Below are positions 21,358 to 36,003 of a stretch of DNA of 64,000 nt, piece by piece. The position numbers and the translations under genes are program-made. The notes under the pieces are model-generated. The model saw only the letters and a list, made by a program, of their open reading frames with translations, did not search any database and was not told where the DNA came from. Origin of the DNA: Trichodelitschia bisporula (lineage: Eukaryota); contig ML996688.1 in assembly GCA_010356995.1 (NCBI GenBank), forward strand, positions 1,834,579-1,898,578. The letters run 5' to 3'. The first letter of the stretch is position 1, and every line of letters begins with the position of its first letter.

Positions 21358-24300
21358 CTACCACCCATAGCTCTCACAGCGATTGAGCCAAGCAGTAGCA
21401 AACAGAACACGCCATTCATCAGCCCCCATCTTCTCCGGATTCTTCCACATGCCCACCTCCTTCGAGTTCGCCAGGTACTGGCGCGCAACATCCGCCGCCG
21501 TCTGTCCGAGATCACGATCCTTGAACGCCTGACGGAGTTCCTGCTGCACCTGCGAGTGGTGGTACATGCGGAGACGGGATTCCTGCGCATCTGCGGGGTC
21601 GGGCCACATGTGCGTGCCGATGAGCGAGGCGAAGGGGTTGGTGCTCGAGGGCTCCTGCGGGGCGACCTTGGCGAGGTTGCCGGTCGCGTTGACCATGATC
21701 TGAGATGGGTGGCTGTTTATGGCCGGAATGATGCCGGGCATCGAGTGGAACGTGCCGTAAGGGAACAGCGTCGCGAGATTGGCGTTGTCACCGCCCAGAT
21801 CGCCATCGAGATCCGGAGGAGGGCCGACGGGATCCGGAACCTTGACGACTCCCTCGAAAGCGAAGTTATCCGTGCCAGTGGGGGAGGTGGAGTCCGGAAC
21901 GCTAAAGTGGTGACCGGGATGCGGCTCGCCCACTTCCTTGGGACTCTTGTGCTTCACAATCTTGACGAGGTTCTTGAAGGAGAAGTCGCTCTTCTTGGAA
22001 GGGGCATCGCTCGGCGCCTCACTCGGCTTAGAGGAAGCCTCGCTCTGGCGCTTGGGGCCACCGAACACGGGAGCGGCGCCTTCGTTTGCATCGTCGTACT
22101 GGAAAGCGAGCAATGCTTCCTTGTCATCGGCGTCGATCGTGATGTTGCCCTTGGGATTGTTAAGATTCTCTGGGAACAGGCCCGCGGAGTTGCTAGAAGT
22201 GCTCACATCGCTCTGAGACTTCTTGAAGATCCCCAGGACTTTCTTCGCACCCTCAACCAGAGCGGCCTTCTTTTTGCTCTTTCCGCCATTCTCGGTGCCC
22301 TTCTCTTCGTGGTCGCCATCGTAGTCGTACGGGATGGTCGCCTGGCTGCTAAAGGACGAGACCTTGAGCTCGGATTCCGCACCAGCCCTAGGCGTCGCAA
22401 TGTGATGCTGGGACGGCGAGTTCGAATTGAACGGCTTTTCGTCATGGCTGACTTTGCTGTCACCCGGATTGCCGAACAGTTGGCGGGACATCGGGTTCGA
22501 CTCACTGAGCTTTCCGTCACCGATGGCCACGTTGTCCTCCGGAAGAGCGACCGCTTGGCGGCACATCGGGTGTACCGTGATGATACCTCCTCCATGGTTG
22601 ACTATCGTGTCATCTTTCGCTAGCAGGACCGGCTTCCCATGCACATCACAGAACTTGCGCTTACGGCTCTGCGGCTCCACATACGGGGTTGCCTTACCGA
22701 GCTCAGGGAGCTGCTTTTGAGTGTCCGTGGTGAGGGGCGAGTAGACAACGGTGTTGCCGCTACCCGCAGCGCCCGCACCCAAGGTGCCGTATGGGCCCAT
22801 CGGCGGCATCAGAAAACCGTTGTCTGCAATCTCGTTGGTAGCTCCCAGGCTCACTCCGTTGCCTTCAATGTCGTTGGTAACTCCCTGGCTCATTTCGATG
22901 TCCATGGCCTGACCGTTGACGGCTCCATCGTCCCCTTCGTGGTCCACGGTGACCCAGTCCATATCATCATCGGCAACCGGCTCCGGCTTGGGCTTGTGGA
23001 CGACAGTGGCAGTGCTAGGAGAGGCGAAAACTCCGCGGTCACCGTCAGCGCTCTTCGGGCCGAGAAAGCGATCAATCTCGAAGTCGATAGCCGACGACGA
23101 GTCCTCTGCATCTTGGACTCCCAACTCAACTCCGTGCGGGCTGTCAACAACGGCGTGGGCGCTCTTGGAAGTACTCATGTTGCAGTGGATGCCATAGGAA
23201 TTGAGCTGACTTCCAGGCTCGTGGATGGAGTTCTCCGGCTCACTCTGATCGGCATTCGATTCGCGCAGACGCTTGATTATGTCGGTAATGGCCAGCGCCT
23301 CCTTCGGCTCCTCGCTCGAGCTGGAATTTGCAGTCGCATTGAGGTAGGCTTTAACAGGGAGGAACTTGCCGGACCGGCTCTGAATGCCAATGCGGTCGGG
23401 CAAGCCGTTGGGGCGGCCATTGGAGACCCCCAGGACAGAGTCTGTATCGGATGCCGGGGCGTCGAACCATTCGGAAGCCTTGGGGCGGCGATCCACCTTA
23501 GCAGGCTTTTGCGACAACGCACCACCGGGCCCACCAGCAATCTTGCCATGGTACCTACGCAAGTCGCCATCTTCACGAGGCTCGCCGCGAACATAGGGCT
23601 TTACACTCGAAGGCTTTTGCGACAAAGCACCATCAGGCCCACCTACTTCCTTGCCGTGGTACCTACGCTGGTCGCCATGTTCAAGAGGCTCGCCACGAAC
23701 ATAGGACTTAGGATCATCAGTCGGACCCCCAGGCTTCTGCGACGCAGCTCCTTCCGGACCACCTTTGGCCTTGCCGTGGTACTTGCGCCAATCGCCATGC
23801 TCGAGGGGCTCCCCGCGAACGTATGACTTGATTTGTTTCTGCGAGGCAGCAGCTTTGGGACCCCCTTCCAGCTTTCCGTGGTATGTATACGACCCAGGAG
23901 TCTGGACGGGCTCACCACGCACGTAGGACTTAGGGGGGCTGTAACGGGGTTTGTTGTCGCATTTGCTGTCGCTCCTCGGGTCGTCATCGGAGCCCTGACC
24001 CTTTGAGGTGTGAACAGACTGACCAACACTCGTGCCGTCAGGGAAGATGTAGGATGCAGGCGCATCAGCCGCGGTAATAGGCTTACGGACTTCGGCACTG
24101 TCGGATTTACTTGCACCAGCCACGGGTATGCTCTTCTGAGCGCCAGAGCTGTCGGGTCCATTCAAGTCGATGAATGGGATTGCATTGTCGATATCCAATG
24201 GTGTGATATCCGACGGCGTGGATGACGACTTCGAATGGTTCCCACTAGCAGTGCGCTTGAAGCCGTACTTGCGGTCGAACTCTTCGATTTCCTTGGGCGT

Positions 24301-25505
24301 CGGGGGCAGAGGGCGCGAAGCGCTCACCTGGCGCTTGGAGGGACCGGCCGTTGTCGAAGGATCAGCGCTAACCTGCGCAACTTGGTCGCCTATAATGCAA
24401 GCTTTAGCATACTTTCTCATCGCCGATGGTTGTGCAGTGGGACCCTTACCTTCACCGCTCACAGGCTCGTACGGATTGACCTTCCATGCATTCAATGCGT
24501 CGTACTCGCGGAGCATGTCGTCCCAGTGCGAATTGACCTGCTTGGCAAGCGACGATTGGGACTCTTCGCGAGCGTGGGCACCTGATTCGACACCATGGGA
24601 GTTGATTGGAGTTTCCGGCTGGTCGCCCTTGATGCCGTCGTTGGAAGCATTGGTCTTCTTATTTCCGAGGGTAGCACCCGCAATATCGGCAGACGCAAGC
24701 TTCTGCTTCAGGCTCGCGAGCTTCGAGAGCGCTTCCTCGGTCTTTTGACTGATAGAGTCCCTCTCCTTGTACTCCTGGAGCAGGGCAGACGAATCTTGAA
24801 CAACGCGCTCCTGACGCTCCCGACGCTCCTGACGCTTGTGAGCTTCTTGGACTTCCTTTTGCAGAAACTCCTGAGCCAGCTTTTGGTGCGTCTCCGAGTT
24901 TGGAATCATTACCGGCATGACCGGCAGAGGAGGCTCGTCCGATGGCTTCTTCGCAAGGGTGTGTGCGCCATTGCTAGACGCGGAAGCCGAGCGAGATCCC
25001 ATGGTGCCTAGGCTTTCGGTCAGCTCATGCCAGTTGGCATTGCGCAATGTCAGGCAAACTCACGAGGTGTAACCGAAGCTCCGGACAACTTCACTTTCTC
25101 GCGCTCGGTGCGTTCCTTTTCACGCTCCATCTCCTCGAAGCACTTGATCTTCTGAGCGACGCGCTTCTGCTCGGCATCCATCTCCGATTCTGGAACTCGA
25201 GTGAGGGCAATGTTTGCGTCTGCCTTCTCTCTCGCCGATTTCAGCAAGACCTGGAGATCGCGGTATGCCTCGCGAATCTCGAGTCCTTCCTCGGCGTTGA
25301 GCTTGTCGGGAACGGAAGCTTTCTTGCGCAAACTCTTCGGCGTGCGAGGCTGTGAGATCGAAGTGGGTGCCTTGGAGGGAATCCGTGGAACCGGGGGAAT
25401 TGGGGAATTAGCAGGATGAGTGATTGAAGAAGCTGAGCCTGTAGACTTAGGAGTGCGAATTGAAGGAGCTGAAGAATGTGAACGCAACGACCGGAACGGA
25501 GTCAT
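21358..25505 (-). CDS. large low-complexity hypothetical protein with four internal ~35-40 aa repeats (1 intron)
   Basis: ATG at 25505 (MTPFRSLRS). Intron 25008-25063 joins the two ORFs in frame, followed by a 1229-codon open frame. Confidence 0.8.
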
Positions 25506-26880
25506 GGCAGTGCTCGAAAAACTCAATGGGAACAATGGAGGGGGATGTGTGAAGGAGAGGAGAATGGCTCGAATTTCGTCACTGAGGGCCGAGCGAGCGG
25601 TGGATGGGCGGCTTGGCCGCCCGCCAAAGATCTCGAAAATGGAAGTCGCGTAGGGTCGAAGGCGGCGTATGGGGAAGTGGTGTGGGGAAGGAACGATGGT
25701 GGTACTTGCGGGGTGGTGATGGTCTGTGCGCACCGCAAGGCTGGAACTTTTTCCATTTCAGGAAGGGCACCCTTCGACGTCAACTTTTCGTTACCGTCAA
25801 GACCACGAGGCACTGGTTTTCGGCCTCCGTCTTTCGCTTGGCTGTGGAGGCTGCTGAGCATATGCTCACCGGCCACAGCTTTTTGTCATTTACAGCATCG
25901 CCAACCATCTTTTCACTCACGTCTGTGACTGAAGGACACTGTCATGCACCGCCTCATTCATCGGCCATTCTTAGCGGAGCGGCTGCGTTATCTGTTTCCA
26001 CATCTGGGATGGAAGCACAATAAACACCAGCTGCAATCTTCTCGCGCATTTGTAACTTCTTTTTATCCAGATCGGTCTCTTAACATGAAGGTGATCCCTC
26101 CGTTGTGCCCGCTGCTGCCTCTGGCTCTTTGTGCGGTATGTCCGACAAACCACCGTCTTGGACGGCAGTCATTAACCGCTTGGGCGCTTGCTTGTCGGCA
26201 TCATCATATTCCCACATTCAGGGGACTCCGCAATGGCAGAGGAGGCTGGAGAGGCGCGGATCATGCTCGTTCTGGGGCATGAGACGGTTTGGCGATGGTA
26301 CCTCCCCCCTGAAAGTGCACGTATTTTAGGCTCTAATTATAGGACAGTATTTACGAAGTCACAGACGATATTACCATTGAACAAGGCTTTGGATGTTAAT
26401 GTGGGTCAACTTCACTGCAATCAAAGTGCAGTATCATGGATTGAGAAACACTACGATCTAGAATTCAGACCACTAATTCCATATGCTCCCCATGAAAGCG
26501 ATCTACAAGTAACGTAGTCTGATCCACCCCAGCTTGCTTCCGGCCACTCATTTGTATCAGTGTGTCCCAAATAAATCTGCGAAAGAAAGCATCCCGTATC
26601 CATTCATGTTCTGAGCTGTAACCGGCAAGTTACATGAATCCATGCCTTCAAACTTCAGGTCCCCCAGCAAGCCGTTCAATGGAAAAATAACTAGGGTATG
26701 AGGATGTGTCGTTGGCGTCGCCGGTGAGGAAATGGAGGTCGTAGTGATCGCCCATTCCTAGCATCATAAGAGTCCGTCATCCCAGTATGACCCCGAGGAA
26801 AATACAGACCGCTCACGTCATCAATCGTTAATCCGTCTGGTCCGCAAATGCTCGAGTAGTAAGAAGCAGGTCGTCCTAGG

Positions 26881-28002
26881 CTAGTTCGCCGAGTTCTGCG
26901 ACCGATGATCCTTCTTCTGCAGATCAGCAGGCGTCGCCTTGCGCGTCCTAAACTAATCAGTACCAATCTATCAACGATCTGGATGCCGGACTTACACCTC
27001 AGTGATCTGCCCCAGGCCATGACCGTAAGAGGTCGGAAGTGGCATGCCCGCTGCCTCGTGCCAGATGTCCATGTTCATAGCAAAGGAAAGGCGACCCATG
27101 GCGTGAAGGCGCTTCAAATATTTCTGCACCTGGCTGCGGCTCTTGATAACTTTGGTCGAAATGACGCCGGGATGATTAACTGTTTTGCGTCAGTGCACTG
27201 CGGAGAGGACAAGGCAAAACTTACTGAGCATGTGAAGACGGCTCTTTGGCTGCAGATTGGTACGACGAGTGCGCTTGTGATGGGGAGCATCATCGGCCTC
27301 CTCCGTGTCATCACGACGGCGCTTCTTCAACTCCTTCTTTGCATCCATGTGCGCGCGATAAGCAAGGCAAAACTGTTCTTGAGCCTGGGCGTAGGTGTCA
27401 TCGGTGAATTGATTCACCACCCAGCTCGGGAAGTAGAGGCTGTCGCTCTCCTCGTCCCCCTCATGCTCAACAATCCTCTTGAAGTTCAGGCCGCCTTCTT
27501 TAATAAGCAGGTGCCTAAATCCCCTCTTGTCCTGTTTAATGAACAGGAGGCTCATCCGACGCTCGTCGAACTGAATGGCCCGCACCATGTTCTTCTTGAA
27601 TTGGTCGCGGAGCAGCGCCATGTCAGGAAGGATGGAATCGGCAGCACCAATGTCGCTGTTCTGAGCCGCAGCCACGTAAATCTTCGAGAGCCGAATCATC
27701 TGAGTCCGAGCCTCGTACGCAACCCACTGGTACTCCATCGCGCGGGTCTTGGCCTCCTCAGCCGACTTAAAGCGTGTGATCATGCCGCTAACGCTGGGGA
27801 TGCGATCCTCCTCGACTTCAACCAAGCCGCGCCAGCCCTTGCCGAAGGTGCCAACAGTCTCCTTGAGGCGTTCAATGTAGGCCTCTGCGCGGCGGACGAG
27901 AGCCTGCTGGGCCCTGGTCGACCCATGCTCGCCGATTTTGAAGCGGGCGGCGGTGAGCTCGAGCCTGTTGACCTGCTGGTAGATCTTCTGAAGGGGAGCC
28001 AT
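26881..28002 (-). CDS. hypothetical helical protein (2 introns)
   Basis: MAPLQKIYQQVNRLEL... Introns at ~27180-27224 and ~26948-26995 (GTAAGT donors, CTGA-type branch sites) keep the frame open to TAG at 26881. Confidence 0.65.
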
Positions 28003-29538
28003 TGTGATGAGATTGAAGAGGGGGAGGATGGTGTGGTGGCGGTGAAGAGAGAGATGTTGTGGTGCGTGGTGGTGGGGAGGTTGTTTGTGAGGAAGTGGAT
28101 GGCGGCGGCGGAGTGAAAGAGGAGAATGTGGTGGCTGATGATGGTGAGGATGATGAGTGCCAGTAGGCAACTTCAGGAGGCGATGTGGTGGTGGGCAGGT
28201 GGTTGAAAGCAGTGAGGATGCTAGGGTTGCAGTTGTGTTGTGGTGTTGCACTGGAGAGGAAGGGAGAAGGTTTGAAAAGGGCGGAGGATTTCTTTTAAAG
28301 AGGACACCGAGGACGCCGAGGACACCTTGCTCGTGGACGTGTTGTGGAAGTGACAGCGCCGTGAATTCTTCTGGCTTCTGTGGTGTTTTGGAGGTTGCTG
28401 CTTGGCGCGAGCGAATAGTTATTGTCCGGTCTCTCTGGTGTTTTTGATGTTGCTGCTTGGCAAGGAGCGAATGGTGATTTCCCGGCTCTTGGAGGTCTTC
28501 CGTCCTGGTCAGGTGGACGCCGGCTTGGGAGATCATGAGGGCCCAAGACCTTGAGTTCCCAAGATAGATAGACTGCGTCCTCAGACACAGCAAGACGCAG
28601 CCTTCCATATGCCCAGAAGCGGTCTCCTTTCCCGAAAATATGTCTCTTTTATCGTGGAACATGTTGATTAGCAACCTCTGAGAAGGCTGTGAATTCTCCC
28701 GTTCCCAACCCTCTTTCCGTTGATGAAATTTCCAGCAGTTGTATAGCAGTTGGCGCAGGCTGTTAATCAACCGAGCACCTGGTAGCTCTTTCCGATATCA
28801 GCAACGTAACGCATGGTGATATATAGCTGGAAGTGTACCATATATAGTCATCTGGAGTACAAAGTACTGAAAAGGTTGCTGCTGAGTTCAGTAGCCCCAG
28901 CTGAAGTTGGGTGTACTTATGTACTTGAATAGCTTAGGCAATCGCAGAGATTGAGATGGAATTGAATCGATGGTCACGAAGATAGAGACAACTACAAAGA
29001 ACGACCTAAGGCGCTTGGTCTTTGGGTATATTGAGCATTTACGACCGATTTTCCAAACCCATCCATCAACCACTGTTTGCCAACTCCTCCGCATACTCAT
29101 ATGCCAACATCCTCTAACAGGTCTGTCTTCGCACGATAGCCTTTTGCAACCTGATACCCTTTCCAAGGTCTACCATGAGTAGTTAAAACCTGCATAATAG
29201 GAAAGTATACTTAGAAATACAGATGTAGCGAAGATGTAAAAAGAAGATGACGTGTAGTCGGACAAGGCTGAGATGGTGGAATTAAGGTTGCCATCCCTGT
29301 CGGCTCAAACAATCACGTGAAGGAGGCATCTACTCTTGCTATACTCTCACATCGAACAGCTTCAGTCGACGTCCAATGGCTTTATTTCTCAAGCGTATAA
29401 GATTCAAAATGTATTCCTATGCGATACATCGTCGAACGTTTCACAATGTCACGTGACCGATGACGGAAGACCACGTCCGGAGCTCTATCCAACTCTCACC
29501 CCCCAAAACCCCCTCCTCACAACCTCCCACCCCTCACA

Positions 29539-30658
29539 ATGTCTCCTCCCCCCTCAAAACCCATCCACATCCTCTTCGTCGGCGCCGGCGCCGTCGGCTG
29601 CTTCTACGCCTCACGCCTGCACTCCGTACGCCCACCCCCCCACTCCCCAATCCCCCAACTCACATATCCAGCCCTCCTCCCGCATCCTCGTCTCCCTCGT
29701 CTGCCGCTCCAACTACCGCGCCATCGCCTCCTCAGGCGTGCACATGAAAACGCATACCTTCGGCGACTACCACTTCGCCCCGCACGCCGTATACTCCTCC
29801 ATCGCGCACGCCGCCAGCTCGTCCGACGCTCCGGCTGAGGGATGGAATTACATCGTCGTCACGACGAAGGCGCTCCCCGACGTCACCGATGACGCGCGGG
29901 ACATTGAGCCGCTGGTGCGGCGCGGCGCGGACGGGAAGACGGCGATAGTGCTCATTCAGAACGGCGTGGGCGTGGAGGAAGCGCACCGCGCACGGTTCCC
30001 AAGGAATCCGCTTATTAGTGCGGTTACGGTTATTAGTGCGGAGCAGATCAGTCATGGCGTTGTGAGGCAGAACCGCTGGACGAGGATAAGTCTGGGCCCG
30101 TACTCGGATGGGCTGGGTGGGCGGACGGAGGAGGCGCGCGAGTTGGTGCGCGTGGGCGGCGAACGCACGGATGAGCTCGTGGCGTTGTTTACGGATGTGG
30201 GCAAGGTGCGCGATGCGGAGGCGTATGACGAGGTGGGGTTGCAGCATGTGAGGTGGCATAAGATCTGCATCAATGCGTCTATGAACCCGTCGGCTGTGCT
30301 GTCGGGCGGCGTGGGCAATGCGGATATGGTCCTGGACGAGGAGCTCCGGCGGCATTTGAAGGGGTGTATGGACGAGGTGTTCCTCGCCGCGCCGATGATC
30401 TTGGGAAGGCCGTTTCCTGAGAAGCTGGCGCTTCCGGAGGCTATACTGAAGAGCACGGAGCGGAATAAGGGTGGCAAGCCGAGTATGTTGCTTGATTGGG
30501 AGGCGGGCAGGCCGATGGAGTTGGAGGTCATTCTGGGGAATCCGGTGCGCATTGCCAGGCGGCATGGCGTGGAGATGCCGCGGCTGCAGAGTTTATATGC
30601 GCTGTTGAAGTCTGCGCAGCGGCAGCGCGCGACTCAGAAGACGGCGGCGAAGATGTGA
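29539..30658 (+). CDS. 2-dehydropantoate 2-reductase (ApbA/PanE) family protein (1 intron)
   Basis: ILFVGAGAVGCFYA Rossmann motif, VTTKALP, LIQNGVG, RWHKICINASMNP, PSMLLDWEAGRPMELEVILG. Confidence 0.92.
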
Positions 30659-31207
30659 GTAACTCGAGACGAGCCGCTGGGTGGCGACGATGGGCAGTGT
30701 TTGGTGTTTGACGCCTGTTTTGATGCTGGTGATCAAACATCTGCATTACGTCAGATGCAACACCAGCGTCTTGCTCTGCATCGTTGCGGTGAGCTTCGAT
30801 GCCGTGTATCCATCGTTCCATCCAGCCGTAGCACCCCGTACATAATCCCATCCAATCGAAACGTGGTCTCTATGAGGCTGAGTTCCCGGGCTGGCGTGCC
30901 TGAACCCCCCTCACCCCGCCGCGCCCGGAAACCCCCCGCTCGAAGCCCCCTGCTTCCGCACTAGAACTATCTCCCTACCGTAAATAGCCACACCACGCCC
31001 CCTTAGCACTCCACCACTAAACAGTCGTCAGCCATCAGCCATCACATCAGCCTCAAGACGTCGCGGCGCTGATAGAAAAAGGGGATGACCTGTCCGAATT
31101 GTTTCTCCGTCAAATACTTTCCGTCCGACCACTTTTTTTGCACCGCCTAACGAACTCTTGTAATCGCCTTTCTTCACGCTCTCTTGCCTTCCCCGTTTCT
31201 TGACATC

Positions 31208-32736
31208 ATGGCCGACACTCCCGTCCCCCCCAGCGTGCGCAAACGCGTCCTGCGCGTGCTCTTCATCTCACTCCTCCTCGATCTCGTACGTTAACCCGAG
31301 TCCCTCTCACGCGAGCCAGACTAACATCCCAGATCTCCTTCACCTTCATCCTCCCCCTCTTCCCAAAACTCCTCCAATTCTACCGCACCCTCGAACCCAC
31401 CACCGGGGACTCCAACACCGTCCTCAACCGCGTCTTCACCGGCCTAAACACCTACAAAAACGCCTTCGCCCGCCCCATAAACGACAGGTACGACATCGTC
31501 CTCCTCGGCGGCGCCCTCGGCTCCCTCTTCTCCCTCTGCCAAGCCATCGCCTCCCCAATAATCGGCCTGCTGAGCGATAAATACGGCCGCCGCACCGCCC
31601 TCCTCTGGTCCATGGTCGGCAACATCCTCTCCGTAACCCTCTGGGTCGGCGCCGTCGATTTCCGCACCTTCCTAGCGTCCCGCGTCGTCGGCGGTCTCAG
31701 CGAGGGGAACGTCCAACTTGCAACCGCCATAGCGACGGATATTAGCACGCCGGAGCAGCGGGGCGCGACGATGGCGCTGGTGGGCGCGTGCTTTAGTATT
31801 GCGTTTACGTTTGGTCCGGCGCTGGGGGCGGCGTTGGCGAATATTACTACTTTTGCGGCGAATCCGTTTGCGACGGCGGCGGGGTTTAGTTTGATTTTGA
31901 TTTGTACGGAGACGCTGTATTTGTATTTTTGTCTGCCGGAGACACTCCCCGCGGCCGCGGAAGAGAAGAGCAATGAGTCTGCTAACGGACACGCCAACGG
32001 CCACGCGAAGAAAGGCAAGAAAGCGATCCCCGCGCCGCATGTGCGGACGAACAGCCACACGCTGCTCAACTTTGTGCACTTCAGCTTCATCCTCTTCTTC
32101 AGCGGCATGGAATTCAGCCTCCCCTTCATGACCTGGGATCTGTTCCAATACACCTCTTCCCAATCCGGGCGGCTCCTGGGATATATCGGGCTCGTGGCGA
32201 GCTTGATTCAGGGCGGATTTGTCCGCCGCGTGCACCCGCTGCGGGTAGTCCAGCTCGGGGTGCTGAGCTGCTCTATTGCGTTTGTCCTCTTGGGGCGGTT
32301 GGACACCCAGATGGGCCTGTATGCGGCGGCCACGCTGCTGGCGGTGACGAGCGGGACGGTAGTTACTGGCCTCAACAGCTTGAGTAGTTTTGAGGCTGGG
32401 GCGGGTGAGAGGGGGAATAAGCTTGGGAATCATCGGAGTTTTGGTGAGTTTGTCCAGCTCGGGAGACTGCGGTCGCCTTGGGATGGGTGTGGTGTGATGG
32501 GAGACAGGGGCTAACTGTGTTGTGTAGGCCAGATCGGACGCTCGCTCGGCCCGCTCATCTTCTGCACGCTGTACTGGTGGGCTGGACGGGAGGTGGCGTA
32601 TGCGGTTGGGGGCGCGGGGATGGTTGCTGTGTGTGGGCTTGTGTTTACGGCGTTGAAGATGCCGCCTGGGACGGAGGTAAAGGGACGGGTGAAGAAGGGG
32701 AAAGGGCAGGGGGAGAAGGGGAAGGTTAAGGCGTAA
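31208..32736 (+). CDS. MFS transporter, tetracycline-transporter/MFSD10-like (2 introns)
   Basis: SLLLDL.ISFTFILPLFP, motif A GLLSDKYGRR, SRVVGGLSEGNVQLA, AFTFGPALG, GQIGRSLGP. Confidence 0.92.
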
Positions 32737-33063
32737 GTGGGCATCTTGCGTGATATGGGGATTGGGGGAGACTTGGGCTGGGTTTGGAGGATGGGGATGG
32801 CGAAAATGGGTAATCTAATCGCTCGCTTTGTATATGTGGGTGGGGCTTTGGTGGAGGCGGGGAGGGCATGATACTCGAGGGTTTCCAATGTGTCTTTTGG
32901 AGCGTTGACGGGGCGAATGGAATGAAGAAGCAACTTCTGGACCTCAGCAGTGTTCCATGCTATATCATTCGCGGCGCCAATGGGCACCGGCATCTATGCC
33001 GTCTATCCATAACCGAACATGGGATATCTGACCCGCCAGATGCAATCCCTCCTCCCTCCCCAT

Positions 33064-34886
33064 CTACTCCAAGAACTGGAACAGGGACGTATGTACAACA
33101 TTCAACGCGCGGTCGGCATCGCGCGCCCAAATCACACACGAGATATTGATCTCGCTAGCACCTATACCACATCAGCAAACCCACTTACGAAAAGGAGGTC
33201 CAGAACCACCGCACTCACCTTGAGAAATCATCTCAATGTTAATGTTATTCTCGCCCAGCACCGAGAAAAACCTCCCCGACACACCCTTCAAGTTCCGCAA
33301 CTGCTGCCCCACAAGACTCACAATCGCCATATTAGCCGCAATATCCACGACCCCCAGCTCCGCCAGATCCGTAACCGCATCCTGCAGCCTCTCGTCCTCA
33401 ATAACATCCACATTGTCCCCGCTCAGCATGCTATTCTCCGAGTGCAGCGCCATGGACACGTGCACCTCGCTCGACGAGATGAGGTCAACAGACAAATGAT
33501 GCTTATCCAGAATCGAGAAAATCTTAGCCAAGAAACCATGCGCGCGCGTCCGCCGGTTGCTATGTATGTTAAGCACAATAATCGAGTGCTTGATCGTCAC
33601 GGCCGTCGGACGCTGCGGCGCCTGCAGCGCGTCCATGTTCGGACGAGACCGGCAGCGGAACAACGAAGGCCGGTCCAGCGCTTGGACGGCCAGCGGCTCC
33701 ACCACCGGGTTCGGCGAGATGACGGTGCCCGGGCCGCGCGGGTTCATGACGTTCTTGATGCGGATGGGGATGCGCGCCTTGATTACCTGCTCCATGGTGA
33801 AGGGGTGGATGACCTCGGAGCCGTAGAAGGTCAGCTCGGCGGCCTCGGCGGGTGTGACGGAGGGGATGAGTTTTGCGGTTGGCACTTTGCGCGGGTCGGC
33901 GGTGAAAATGCCGTCGACTTCCTTCCAGATCTGTAGCTCCGCGGCCTGGACGCCGACGGCGACGAGTGCGGCGCATAGGTCCGTGTAGCCGCGGCCGATG
34001 GAGTGCAGCAGGCCCTCGGGGACATGGCCAAAGTAGCCGGTGATAATGGGCACCTTGTCGCCGCACGCCAGCACCTCCTGCCCCAGCGCCTTAGCAAGCT
34101 CCTTATACGCACTCTCCTTGACCAGCTGCGGCACACTGTAGCGCTTAATAACATCCGACAAATCGACATACTGCGCCGGGCAACCACGGTCCTCCAGCAG
34201 GGCGGCCATGTACTGGCAGGCCAGCTTCTCGCCCTTGGAAATGATCTTGTTCTCGGCGCCGCGGCTAACCTCTTCCAGGTGCTGGGCGGACTCGAGGATC
34301 TTGATCAGGTTGTCGCACTCGGCGTTGACCTGCACGGCGAAGGCATCGACGCTGTCGAGCGACTCGAATGCGTCGCGCGCCGCCTGGATGTGGTCGACGC
34401 GGATGGCTTCGACAATGGGGAGGTAGAGGCGCGAGCCGACCTTCTCGGCTTCCTTGGCCGCGCGGAGGAGTCTGGCGGGGTGCATGTGTCAGCGCTCCGC
34501 CACCATTTCCGTCTCCCCCACGTCGCGAGGGCAGCACTCGGAGGCGGTATACGAGAAGACCGTAATGGAAACTCACCTATTCGTGGTGCCCTCCAGCTTC
34601 GTATTGTTGCTACGCGCCGAGCAGACAACAGCAATGCGCTGTTTCTTCAACCCATTCCTGCAGAAACACACTCCGTCAGGATCCGCTCCCACCGCCTCGC
34701 GCGTCTCCAGAAAGAACCGACTCACTGCACAATGTCCGCAATATTGCCCGGAAACTTGCCGACGCTGGTGCCGCCAAACTTCTGCACGACCCAGTTGCCG
34801 CCTCCCGGCAAATTCTTCTCCTTGGTGTGGGGTATTGACTGCTCGTAGGAGTGGCCGTTGACCACGAACTCGCTGTGGGCGCCCAT
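33064..34886 (-). CDS. HOM3: aspartokinase (3 introns)
   Basis: WVVQKFGGTSVG, AVVCSARS, GRGYTDL, WKEVDGIFTADPRKVP, AAELTFYGSEVIHP, ACT domains, EMISQGASEINISCV. Confidence 0.96.
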
Positions 34887-36003
34887 CTTGGCTAGAACGA
34901 GTAGGCGATGAAGGGCGGAAAAAGAAATTGTGCTTTCTCAAGTTAGTACTGCTGCTAGCAAAGCGTTTGGCGTGTGTTGGGCGTTTTACGTCCAAACGGT
35001 GCTGCAGGAAGGTTTTTTTTTCTGAGTCGGAGCGAGCGGCGGCGAGGACAAAGCTTTGCGGACTTTGAATGGAGGGGAGAGGGTCTGAGGGAGGGGTGGT
35101 CCCTGTGGGGTAAATATATGACGGAGCGCTAGATCACTGAGCCGACGTGAATGTGCTGCGGCTTCACAAAACCCCAACCCACCTCAAATAGGTGCTTGCT
35201 CGCTCTGACCGAGTGGCCTAGGCTGTGGTCGAGAGATTGTAAGTAAGAAAAAAACCGATAATTGAGCCGAATCTGCAAAGCGTTGTGTCACTGGGCTTAC
35301 GACTGGCTGAAGGGGATTTGTAACCTGGTGATCCAGTCAGCACTATTGGACGCGACGGCCGAACCTGCATACCACGATACGATGATCAGATACGGGAGCC
35401 GCACGTGAAATGGCGTAGGTGGGAATCCAGTGTGTGGATTGGGTGTTTGTATTTGTGAGGCAAGGCTGTCCGCGAACCAACTGGCTTGTAGCCTTGCATC
35501 GATGACCCTCAATCGCTTATATACTGAGGTCGAGGGAGTACTTTGGGAGCATGTATCTCCATTGACTCAATGCGAACATCGGACCTCCCTCGGAACATGT
35601 CTCCTCACCCCCCGAGAGTGATTCCTATTCCAGTAATCCCTCCCTCCGACTTCCCGAACATCAATCTCCTCCTGCCTCGGCCAACACTTCAATTCCCCCA
35701 CGAAAACAGCTCAATATTCTGCAGTGCACGACGACGAGAATGTACAACACCGTGCTGTACCCCACAGATCTGCAAAACGCCTGACTTTAATCTATCTAGA
35801 GGCTGCAAGTGGACCGCCTCCGATATCCCCCGGTCCCCGCCCCGTCCTACTCGAGAAAACCCTTGCCCCGGCGCCTTGCTATGCATAGTAAAACCGTACA
35901 GCCTTGTAAAAAGCACTATTACACCAGCCCATCACCCGGTGTGACCCGTCACCCACGCGCCGAAATCCAGACACATCCGGCCCATCCAACACGCATAACG
36001 CCG

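Noticed and set aside
33019..33936. 305-aa + strand ORF, and similar long antisense ORFs (21556-22623, 22639-23826, 26905-28116, 4355-5866, 12356-13183)
   Set aside because: Antisense shadows of real GC-rich genes, with no recognisable motifs.
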